Part shown: one piece after another, positions 1-7,672 of the stretch
Layout of the letters: each line of letters opens with the position of its first letter
How positions within the stretch are numbered: position 1 is the first letter of the stretch
NCBI GenBank assembly: GCA_048885525.1
Contig: JBHLLP010000055.1
Location: 1-20,987, forward strand
From: Candidatus Hermodarchaeota archaeon
GTDB lineage: Archaea; Asgardarchaeota; Lokiarchaeia; Sigyniarchaeales; SOKP01
Direction of reading: 5' to 3'
Length of the DNA stretch: 20,987 bases
Notes under the pieces: model-generated
Told to the model about the DNA's origin: nothing
The model's input: only the letters and a program-made list of their open reading frames with translations
The model's database searches: none
Translations under genes and position numbers: made by a program

Positions 1-1421
1 TAAATCTGTAACTCAAAGGATAAATCAAGTTTATTTTCATTTTTAGTTAATTCTCCATAGTCTTTATGCAGGCTTGCAACTCGGTTGGCGATAGCTGCTC
101 CTGCTGTGTGATCAGCACCCATAGGTGAAGTTGCATAAGTAACCCCCATTGCTTTAAAGACTCTGCTATCATAAGCAGAAATTCCTTGTCCTTTTACGTG
201 AGGAATTCGTTTAGCATTGAGTATTTCTCCAACATTTTTAACACCATTACCATATAATTGCCCTTCTTCAGAATTATTCCGAATTTCAATATCTAAGATT
301 TCGAAAGCTTTTTCAGCATCTCCCCACTCTATTTTTCCACAATCCATAGCTACACCCACAGTTCCGCCAAACTCAATAGTGTCAATACCCACATCATCAC
401 ATAAATGATCAATTTTAGCTAGACTGTCTAAATCGTCAATCATCAAATTACTGCCATTTAAAGCCATTGTTTCATATTCTAGACTTGATGTAATGTGTTT
501 CCCTTCTTCATCAACAACTAAATTCGAACATTTTATAACGCATGTTGGAGAACATGATAATCTTTTTTTACCTCCTCTCGCAACTACAAGATCATGAAGA
601 GATTCTCCTGAAATACTATCAATTTTATCGTAAGATCCCATTCTAAAATTTTGTGTTGGTATACCCCCATATCCACTCATTGCCGCCATCATCATAGGAG
701 TGCCGAATATTGAAAACTTCTCTTTAGTTTGCGCCAATTCTTTTGCGAAAGGGGTTGAGACTTCTCTGAATTTTTTGATATCAAAAATTTCTGTTTTTGA
801 AGTTTTGGGGGGAATTATCACAATTGCTTTAATCCCTTTAGAACCCATTACAGCTCCTAATCCTCCTCGAGCAGCATGCCTACTTGGGTACCCCTCTAAA
901 TCATTTGCCCCTATTGTTGCAGATTTCATCATGTATTCACCCGCCGGACCAATAGAGTAAATACCTATTTTTTCTCCATATTGTTGTCTTAAATTCGAAT
1001 GAAGTTCATAATTTCCCAAACCTTTATATTCATTAGCAGTTAAAATCTTAATACTTTCTTCATCGATTAAGATAAGCTTTAGTACCGGTGATATATCTTC
1101 TAATACGATTGCTCTAATACCATGTCTAGCTAACAACATGGCAGGTCTTCCGCCCACATTAGCTTCCTTTATCCCAGTAGTCAAGGGACTTTTTGCACCT
1201 ATTGATGTACGGGCAGAACAAGGAAATGGACTGCCTCCAAGAAGACCATTGGCAAAAATTAGTTTATTTTCTCTTCCTAAAGGATTACATAGTGGAGGGA
1301 CTTCATTATGAATAATCTGAGAACTTAGACCTCTAGCACCACGCAGAAAAAAGTTTGAATCTGAAGATACGTCATCAAATCGAATATCCTCATTCCGTAC
1401 ATTTATTCTAACAATTTTCAT
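1..1421 (-). CDS. aor: Aldehyde:ferredoxin oxidoreductase family (tungstopterin, 4Fe-4S), 3'-partial
   Basis: Not in the ORF track. Hand translation from ATG at 1421 gives MKIVRINVRN...RGARGLSSQII...NPLGRENKLIF...SARTSIGAKSPLTTGIKEANVGG, and near the left edge TSPMGADHTAG in the same frame. These are AOR-family motifs. The reading frame continues past the window edge. Confidence 0.93.
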   Translation of the reverse strand, partial: MKIVRINVRNEDIRFDDVSSDSNFFLRGARGLSSQIIHNEVPPLCNPLGRENKLIFANGLLGGSPFPCSARTSIGAKSPLTTGIKEANVGGRPAMLLARHGIRAIVLEDISPVLKLILIDEESIKILTANEYKGLGNYELHSNLRQQYGEKIGIYSIGPAGEYMMKSATIGANDLEGYPSRHAARGGLGAVMGSKGIKAIVIIPPKTSKTEIFDIKKFREVSTPFAKELAQTKEKFSIFGTPMMMAAMSGYGGIPTQNFRMGSYDKIDSISGESLHDLVVARGGKKRLSCSPTCVIKCSNLVVDEEGKHITSSLEYETMALNGSNLMIDDLDSLAKIDHLCDDVGIDTIEFGGTVGVAMDCGKIEWGDAEKAFEILDIEIRNNSEEGQLYGNGVKNVGEILNAKRIPHVKGQGISAYDSRVFKAMGVTYATSPMGADHTAGAAIANRVASLHKDYGELTKNENKLDLSFELQI

Positions 1422-1470
1422 ACTTAAACACAATAATATCTTAAATTATTTTATTTTTTCTCTTATTAGT

Positions 1471-2313
1471 TTATTTCATTGGAATGCCATCCGAGCATGA
1501 GACTCCTACTTGGCATAAACCACAAGCAAAAATATCTATCCCATAAGTTTGATTAATAAAGGGAATTGTACTCGTTACATGTGGAGCGCAAATCATTTTA
1601 TCGTGCCGATTCTCGAAGGATATAGCATTTACAGGGCATCTAGAAATACAATCTCCACATTTAATACAAAATTCATAAGGATCTGAAGGTCGATTATGAG
1701 AATCAGATGGAAGTTTAAAATCAATAACTAGGCTACCACACCTCATTGCTTTTCCTCGCGAATTGATAAATCCATCAGATAATCCAAATGAACCCAAACC
1801 TGCTGCAAAACAATTATGTCTATGAGACCAGTTAGATACCCAAATTTTTCGGTTAACCTTAAATAATTTCTTGTCTAGAGTTGGAGCAAAAGCATTGATT
1901 CCAAGCTTTTTTAATTCCTCAATTAGGTACTCTTGAATGTTCCTATTTGCTTGTTCTCCAAAGAGCCTTGTATGAGCCCATCTTTCAGAGGGCATTGTTT
2001 TAGAATAACTATAATTCTCAGTTTTAGTCTTTTGATTTATAGGTAAAATATATGCTACTACACTAAGACTTTCATTGTTAAATTCAATGTGATCTTTCTT
2101 ACAATACCACTCATAAGCTTCAGAAGGAGTTAGATGAAATTCACCAATAATACTTTTATATTTAGTATAAATAGCATCATTTCCATCAGCGATACCAACA
2201 ATCACATTTGGCTCAAAAATAAAAGATCCATCAACATGGTTCATTTTATTACTCTCATCATTTTCAAGGAATCCATTGATCTTATTGATAAACCATTCTT
2301 TATTTACATCCAT
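1471..2313 (-). CDS. Epoxyqueuosine reductase (QueG)/reductive-dehalogenase-like Fe-S protein
   Basis: 280 aa. SNWSHRH..FAAGLGSFGLSDGFI..RGKAMRCGS motif, ferredoxin motif CIKCGDCISRCP and C-terminal C...CGLCQVGVSC. Confidence 0.78.
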   Translation of the reverse strand: MDVNKEWFINKINGFLENDESNKMNHVDGSFIFEPNVIVGIADGNDAIYTKYKSIIGEFHLTPSEAYEWYCKKDHIEFNNESLSVVAYILPINQKTKTENYSYSKTMPSERWAHTRLFGEQANRNIQEYLIEELKKLGINAFAPTLDKKLFKVNRKIWVSNWSHRHNCFAAGLGSFGLSDGFINSRGKAMRCGSLVIDFKLPSDSHNRPSDPYEFCIKCGDCISRCPVNAISFENRHDKMICAPHVTSTIPFINQTYGIDIFACGLCQVGVSCSDGIPMK

Positions 2314-2458
2314 AGTACTAACTTAATTATGTTTACCTTCCTAATTTAATTCCTAAATTTTTAATATCTAATTAATTTTTGTCTTATAGTATGGAAAATA
2401 ATAATTGAATCACTACATCAACTAAAGAAATTTAACCGTAATTTAATTGTAATATAAT

Positions 2459-3370
2459 ATGGATGATATCGATCTTAAAATTATTCTGCTTTTAATGAAT
2501 AATTCAAGATTAACATATCGAGAGATCTCTAACCACTTAGGGTTATCTGTCAATGCAGTGTATAAAAGAATTCAAGCTCTTATAGATATAAAGACTATAG
2601 AAAAATTCACTGCAAGGTTGAAACCCTATGCTATCAATGCTATTTATACATTCATTTTTGGTCAAAGCGATGCTCAAGATATGGATAAAGCGATAATTGA
2701 ATTAAGCAAGCATGACAATACTTGGCAGATTGCATTATCAAGTAGAAATTATGTATATATAGGAGCTATGTTAGAAAATATTCATCAATTAGATGATTAT
2801 GCTTCTTTTGTATCCCAAGTAGTTAAAATTCATTCTCCAAAGATTGGACTACTTTCAGGGGTGCATTATACTGCACCAATACCATATATAGTCCCAAAGT
2901 CAAGATCAATGAATTTTGATCAACTTGATATAGATATTATTCGATCATTACATAATGATTCAAGAAAACCAGTATCAGAGATAGCAGATGAAGTTAATAG
3001 TACTTCAAATACAATTCGAAGACGCTTAACTCGAATGATTGAGGAAGGCATCATTGAATTATCTATTAATTTTAATCCTGAAGCTTCAAGTGATATTTTT
3101 GCCACATTCCAAATAACTGTAAAACCTTCAGTTGATAAAAACGAAATTGCACAAATATTAAATGATAAATTTCATCCAAATCTATTTTATTGCTGGACAT
3201 TTAGCAATCTCCCCAATATAATTTTATGTTGGGTTTGGGCTAATAATACGAAAGAACTAACTGAATTAGTTGAAAATATAAAAAAAGAAAATATCGATTC
3301 AATTGTTTTTGATATCATGTATAAAGTATATTACTTCGATACTTGGAAAGAAAAAATTTTATATAAATAA
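2459..3370 (+). CDS. Lrp/AsnC family transcriptional regulator with two tandem HTH+effector modules
   Basis: 303 aa. MDDIDLKIILLLMNNSRLTYREIS..LGLSVNAVYKRIQAL and a second copy DQLDIDIIRSLHNDSRKPVSEIA..VNSTSNTIRRRLTRMIEEGII. Confidence 0.9.
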   Translation: MDDIDLKIILLLMNNSRLTYREISNHLGLSVNAVYKRIQALIDIKTIEKFTARLKPYAINAIYTFIFGQSDAQDMDKAIIELSKHDNTWQIALSSRNYVYIGAMLENIHQLDDYASFVSQVVKIHSPKIGLLSGVHYTAPIPYIVPKSRSMNFDQLDIDIIRSLHNDSRKPVSEIADEVNSTSNTIRRRLTRMIEEGIIELSINFNPEASSDIFATFQITVKPSVDKNEIAQILNDKFHPNLFYCWTFSNLPNIILCWVWANNTKELTELVENIKKENIDSIVFDIMYKVYYFDTWKEKILYK

Positions 3371-3410
3371 AAAAAGTTAAAAAATTTTAATTCATGTTGA
3401 CTTTAATCAC

Positions 3411-3752
3411 TCACAAACTTAACCAAATTGCTACTCTTATGAAATGTATGATATAGGTACTAATACCAGCAAATAAAACTATCTTCTTCAAATTTTTTTT
3501 ATATTGTAATTTTTTCTGATTTAGCTCTCTTTTCCATGATATTAAGCCAATAATCCCTACACTCCCAGCAATTCCTGATAAGCTAATTTCTGAAAAAAGG
3601 AGAAACCAAGAAAAAATTGGATTTACTGTACCAAAAGTATCCCCTCCAGTACTTGCAAGATAAATAGCTCGGACAAGGAAAAAAATTGGACCTCCGCCTA
3701 AAAGGATCCATTTCGACTGATTTAAAAATAGTTTGACATTTGATTTGTTCAT
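3411..3752 (-). CDS. Small membrane protein (about 3 TM helices), unknown function
   Basis: 113 aa with three hydrophobic segments. Start overlaps the flavodoxin stop (ATGA, 3749-3752) and is preceded by purine-rich AAGGGG. Confidence 0.75.
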   Translation of the reverse strand: MNKSNVKLFLNQSKWILLGGGPIFFLVRAIYLASTGGDTFGTVNPIFSWFLLFSEISLSGIAGSVGIIGLISWKRELNQKKLQYKKNLKKIVLFAGISTYIIHFIRVAIWLSL

Positions 3753-4243
3753 ATTTTAATCCCCTTTTTAATTTCTGATTGATTTTTGCGATTATTTACC
3801 TTGTCTGAGATATTTAGTCCGATCTGTTCCATCAAATCTAAAGTTGCATCTTTTAAAGGACCTTTCTGATCAAGAACTATTGCAGTAATAGTGGGATGGA
3901 TTATCTTTATTTTTATCTTATTTAAATATCTTGTAATCCTTTTGGCAGCAGATCCAGCTAATCGGAATTCTCCTTTAGTTTCAAATGCAAATCCATATTT
4001 ACCTTCCATTTTAAGATGTTTAATCTTGTTTAAAAATGATTTCATCTTCTTTGAAGCCCCTCGATAATGGGTTGGACCTCCAATTCCAATAATATCATAG
4101 TTTTTTAATTCTCCAATTTTAAAATCATCGATAGAACTACTATCCACATAAAATCCTCCTGCTTCTAAACCACGACTCAACGACATTGCTACTTTCTTTG
4201 TATTTCCATATACAGAATCATAGAGAATTACAACTTTTTTCAT
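3749..4243 (-). CDS. Flavodoxin-domain protein
   Basis: MKKVVILYDSVYGNTKKVA (FMN phosphate loop), YDIIGIGGPTH and GFAFET. GGAGG SD upstream. Confidence 0.9.
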   Translation of the reverse strand: MKKVVILYDSVYGNTKKVAMSLSRGLEAGGFYVDSSSIDDFKIGELKNYDIIGIGGPTHYRGASKKMKSFLNKIKHLKMEGKYGFAFETKGEFRLAGSAAKRITRYLNKIKIKIIHPTITAIVLDQKGPLKDATLDLMEQIGLNISDKVNNRKNQSEIKKGIKI

Positions 4244-4434
4244 ACTTTTCCCTCCTTTCTTAATGTTTGTAGCATTTCATAATTTTTCCGATAAAAGACT
4301 TTTGTGAAAAAACCATGTTCACGTTGACAAAAAGGCAAACTATTTGAATTAGAATGATATTTTTTGCATTCCTCACAATTACCATGATTCGAACATCCTG
4401 TTTTAGGGCACGGGCATTTAATACTAATGAGCAT
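4240..4434 (-). CDS. Small Cys/His-rich putative metal-binding protein
   Basis: CPCPKTGCSNHGNCEECKKYH...LPFC. Start moved from the track's TTG (4470) to ATG 4434 (or ATT 4428) because GAGGTG lies at 4440-4435. Stop overlaps the flavodoxin start (ATGA). Confidence 0.75.
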   Translation of the reverse strand: MLISIKCPCPKTGCSNHGNCEECKKYHSNSNSLPFCQREHGFFTKVFYRKNYEMLQTLRKEGKV

Positions 4435-4719
4435 CACCTCAAATTTTTTTAATTTATGTATAGAATACAACTTGATATAATTCTAAGTTTAAATGAGAGT
4501 AAATGAATCAACACATTTCATTATCAAATTTTGTTAACTTTTCAACTAATTGGTGGATAAATAAACTATCAAATTCATAATTTTTTTACATTTTAATTGA
4601 AAATCCTATATTTTCCATAGATTATCATTATAGTTTTATATAAATTTCAGCGTACAAGGAAATATATGAAGAATATGGAGTCTAATAAATTAACTCAAAA
4701 TTAAATGAGGTGAAAATTA

Positions 4720-5046
4720 TTGGAAATAAATAAAAACTCAATAAAAAACATATTGAAAAAGATAATAAAAACAACATTATTTCTATTCTATACAAGTTTC
4801 GTAGTTGCTCTAATAACAGGTGGAATTGCTTCAGGTATTATGACTTTAATTCCAGATGAGGCAAGTAAACCATGTTATCTGGGATACTACGCACATTGCT
4901 CATTTACACCCTACAGCACATTGATTTTATTCACAATGGCTATAATTGGCACAATCTTATTTTTAAAACTTATAAAATATGCTAGAAGGAAATATAATGA
5001 GTTTGTAGAAGCAAAACCAACTATAAAAGCTTTAATACAAAGTTAA
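4720..5046 (+). CDS. Small 2-TM membrane protein with a Cys-pair loop
   Basis: 108 aa. Two hydrophobic helices flank ASKPCYLGYYAHCSFTPYST. GAGGTG (4707-4712) lies 7 nt before the TTG start. Confidence 0.8.
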   Translation: MEINKNSIKNILKKIIKTTLFLFYTSFVVALITGGIASGIMTLIPDEASKPCYLGYYAHCSFTPYSTLILFTMAIIGTILFLKLIKYARRKYNEFVEAKPTIKALIQS

Positions 5047-5070
5047 AATTAAAAAAAAAATTTTTTTTTC
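5047..5070. terminator. Candidate bidirectional oligo-A/oligo-T terminator
   Basis: A10 (5051-5060) is immediately followed by T9 (5061-5069) between convergent ORFs, giving a U-tract on either strand. Confidence 0.5.
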
Positions 5071-5204
5071 CTTAAATTTTCATTTACTCCTTTTAACTTT
5101 ACCATAATTTCTACTCCAGATTCCGTCTCTGGATAATCTACTGGAAGAGAATCTAAATATTTCTGAAGCTTACGATATATGTCATCTTCAATTTCAACAC
5201 TCAT
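5049..5204 (-). pseudogene. Truncated N-terminal remnant of a 4Fe-4S dicluster-domain protein
   Basis: MSVEIEDDIYRKLQKYLDSLPVDYPETESGVEI resembles the recalled N-terminus (YRxLQxxLDxxPxGxPxTESGVEIxxLKxLF) of a family of larger Fe-S proteins, then decays into ...NLRKKKFFF* after 51 aa. Confidence 0.65.
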
Positions 5205-5532
5205 AGATGTTATTTATTTTCAATACCTTTAAAAACTATTTAGAAGATCTGATGTATTTTAAAGGATTTAGTAAAAAGGTAGAAATGTTTAGCTACATTT
5301 TCTTATTATTTAATTTCTTAAGGTTTTATAAGATATTTATTAACCCATATCGCCAGATTTCCTTTGTCATAAAGATATTTTAAATTAAATTTAAATTTGT
5401 AATTCACTTAATTTACTTTGTAATTAAGTTTAGACAAATTTAACAAAAGCAATATTAACGGAGATAAGTATATCTTATTTAGAAACTTGGAAATTAATTA
5501 AAGCAAAAAAATCTTGAAGAGGTAGATTAATT

Positions 5533-5754
5533 ATAACAAAAAAAACACTAGATTACGTATGTTCTATTTGCGGAGAATCCAAGAAATTAAATGAGTTAGG
5601 TATAATATATTTAGGTAAAGTACGACTGAATTACTGTGAGGATTGTATTGGATCATGCCATTCCTGTGGAAAAAGTTTTCCAGCTGACGATTTAGTTAAT
5701 ATAGGAGGAAGGGATCATTGTAAATATTGTATGGAACATTGGCCAGATTATTAA
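5533..5754 (+). CDS. Small double zinc-finger protein, LIM-like spacing, non-canonical ATA start
   Basis: Not in the ORF track. 73 aa: ITKKTLDYVCSICGESKKLNELGIIYLGKVRLNYCEDCIGSCHSCGKSFPADDLVNIGGRDHCKYCMEHWPDY. Four CxxC pairs; GAGGTA at 5519-5524. Confidence 0.72.
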   Translation: MTKKTLDYVCSICGESKKLNELGIIYLGKVRLNYCEDCIGSCHSCGKSFPADDLVNIGGRDHCKYCMEHWPDY

Positions 5755-5886
5755 CAGTGGAAAAAATAAAACTAAACACTTTCACAAATTTTTTCAATTT
5801 TATTTTTAACAATAGGGAAAATATACCCACTTTTGATTAATTTATAAAAAAAAATTCAGAAAAACAGATATTCAACTATACAAGTA

Positions 5887-5933
5887 CAAAAAGATTTAAA
5901 TATGTGATATTCGTAAATAAGCATATCACGTAT
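5887..5933 (+). promoter_or_regulatory. Candidate BRE/TATA promoter of tfb with overlapping inverted repeat
   Basis: Purine-rich AAAAAGA followed by TTTAAATA (5895-5902). Inverted repeat ATATGTGATAT (5900-5910) / ATATCACGTAT (5923-5933). Confidence 0.45.
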
Positions 5934-6010
5934 ATTAAATTATTATCAAATGTTTAATACTTGTGATTTCATTTGCGCTTTTTAAATAATTTGATGCATT
6001 GTGAATAATT

Positions 6011-6937
6011 ATGAACGAGCAGTATCGTGACCGATTCTTTAATAATAAATTTGATGAAGATCAATTACCTCAATCAAATTGCTGTAATAATCCATTTATT
6101 GAGTCACGGGACGGCAACAAAGTTTGTTTAAATTGTGGAGTGATTTTTGAACGAACTTTCGTAGGGAATGAAAGGCGTGCTTATACCATTGAAGAAATTC
6201 AGAATCGTCGAAGGACAGAACCACGATGGAGAGATTTTGGACCTAGAACTATGCTCCCGAACACAAAAACAGATAGTAAAGGTAAATCTATCGGGGCAAA
6301 GGAGCAAGCTCTTTTCTCTCGACTTTCAAAAATTCAAAATTCATTAATTTCTAGCATAGAGCGGAATTTTTGGGAAGCAAAGCCAAAATTAAAAATGTTA
6401 ACATCAAAACTTAATATTCCAGAATATATTGCTGAAACAGCATGGAAAATATATAGCATTGTTGCAAAAAAGAAATTAACGATGGGAAGATCAATCAATG
6501 GCTTTATTTCTGGATCTTTATATGCTGCAATTCGAGTTCATGATTTTCCCCGATTATTAGATGAGGTATGTGAAGCCTCATTAACACCAAGGCGAACGGT
6601 TCATAGGAGTTTAGCTATGATTATTCGTGAGGTATTACCGGAACTTAATTTAAGATACCAGCCTATTACTGCTGAAAGTTTGGTATTTCGATTTGGTAAT
6701 GAGTTGGATTTACCGATTAAAATTCAAAAAAATGCAATTAATATGTTAAAAGATGCTTCTAAAAACGGTCTCAAACGGACTGGAAAAGACCCGAAAGGAT
6801 TAGCAGCAGCTTGCATTTATATTGCAGCTAAAAATGGATGTATTCGTAAAACTCAATCACGCGTGGCTGATGTGGCAAAAATAACAGAGGTTACGCTTAG
6901 AAGTCGAGCTAAACAAATTAAAAGTAAATTATCTTAA
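6011..6937 (+). CDS. tfb: Transcription initiation factor IIB (TFB)
   Basis: 308 aa. Zn ribbon CC...VCLNCG, B-reader-like ERRAY, two cyclin repeats (MGRSING..GSLYAAIR; GKDPKGLAAACIYIAA) and HTH TQSRVADVAKITEVTLRSR. Confidence 0.95.
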   Translation: MNEQYRDRFFNNKFDEDQLPQSNCCNNPFIESRDGNKVCLNCGVIFERTFVGNERRAYTIEEIQNRRRTEPRWRDFGPRTMLPNTKTDSKGKSIGAKEQALFSRLSKIQNSLISSIERNFWEAKPKLKMLTSKLNIPEYIAETAWKIYSIVAKKKLTMGRSINGFISGSLYAAIRVHDFPRLLDEVCEASLTPRRTVHRSLAMIIREVLPELNLRYQPITAESLVFRFGNELDLPIKIQKNAINMLKDASKNGLKRTGKDPKGLAAACIYIAAKNGCIRKTQSRVADVAKITEVTLRSRAKQIKSKLS

Positions 6938-6965
6938 CTTCTTTTTTATATTTTTGAAAAAACAT

Positions 6966-7523
6966 TTAAGATTTTTCTTCCTGTTCCTGCAGAAGAGTGT
7001 ATTTTATTCCAACAGCAGTTATGACTAATCCAACGAGTAGAAAATAAGTATTTGCTGAAATAAAGAAAATCCAAAATATTGCAGGCATAATTGGAGTGAT
7101 ATTCATATTATAAAAAGCAGATTGAAAAGAAATAGTAGTCAATGTTGACGTAATCTTTGTTTTACCTAATAAGACTAAATAATTCATTTTAACAAAACCT
7201 GCTAATAAAACTACCATTCCGATAACAACCAGGAACTTTGCTAATGGAATACTTTCAATGTTATCTCTCGAAGCCACTTTAAACATAAAAAATCCAATAG
7301 TAAAATAAAAGATTACTGCAAAAATCATGAAAAACCATAATACGGTTCCTTCAAGCGGGAAAATTGTGGAAGAATATATAAACTCAGCTAGTAAGAAGGA
7401 ATCTCCATCGAGGTTAAAATATACGAAATTTAACAATATAATAAAAACAATTTCGACTAAAGAAATAATAATATATATAGAACCTACGATTTTAAGAAAT
7501 TTTAAGACTTTTTCGTATTTCAT
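6966..7523 (-). CDS. 4-TM membrane protein, unknown function
   Basis: 185 aa with four long hydrophobic segments and short loops. Confidence 0.8.
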   Translation of the reverse strand: MKYEKVLKFLKIVGSIYIIISLVEIVFIILLNFVYFNLDGDSFLLAEFIYSSTIFPLEGTVLWFFMIFAVIFYFTIGFFMFKVASRDNIESIPLAKFLVVIGMVVLLAGFVKMNYLVLLGKTKITSTLTTISFQSAFYNMNITPIMPAIFWIFFISANTYFLLVGLVITAVGIKYTLLQEQEEKS

Positions 7524-7672
7524 AATAAATACACTTTAATCTTTTTAAAAAGCAAGAAAATTTTTTATGCAATTATACTATTATTGTTTTTGAAATTAAT
7601 AAAAATTTTTAATATTATTGCTTTTGACAAATTTTATTTATTGGTAATTATATATTCCGAAATGATTTATTT

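Noticed and set aside
217-960. Track ORFs 217..408 and 700..960 (+)
   Set aside because: Antisense shadows of the AOR gene.
2134-3105. Track ORFs 2134..2349 (+) and 2920..3105 (-)
   Set aside because: Antisense to well-supported genes, with no motifs.
2406-4516. Similar 13-mers TGAATCACTACAT (2406) and TGAATCAACACAT (4504) as shared Lrp sites
   Set aside because: An 11/13 match is expected by chance in AT-rich intergenic DNA, and the motif is not palindromic.
5434-5532. In-frame TGA (5515-5517) upstream of the zinc-finger ORF as possible selenocysteine readthrough; upstream peptide ISYLETWKLIK faintly ModE-like
   Set aside because: No start codon in the upstream open stretch, the TGA is not in a redox motif, no SECIS was recognised, and an SD lies just after the TGA. 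The similarity is too short to support.
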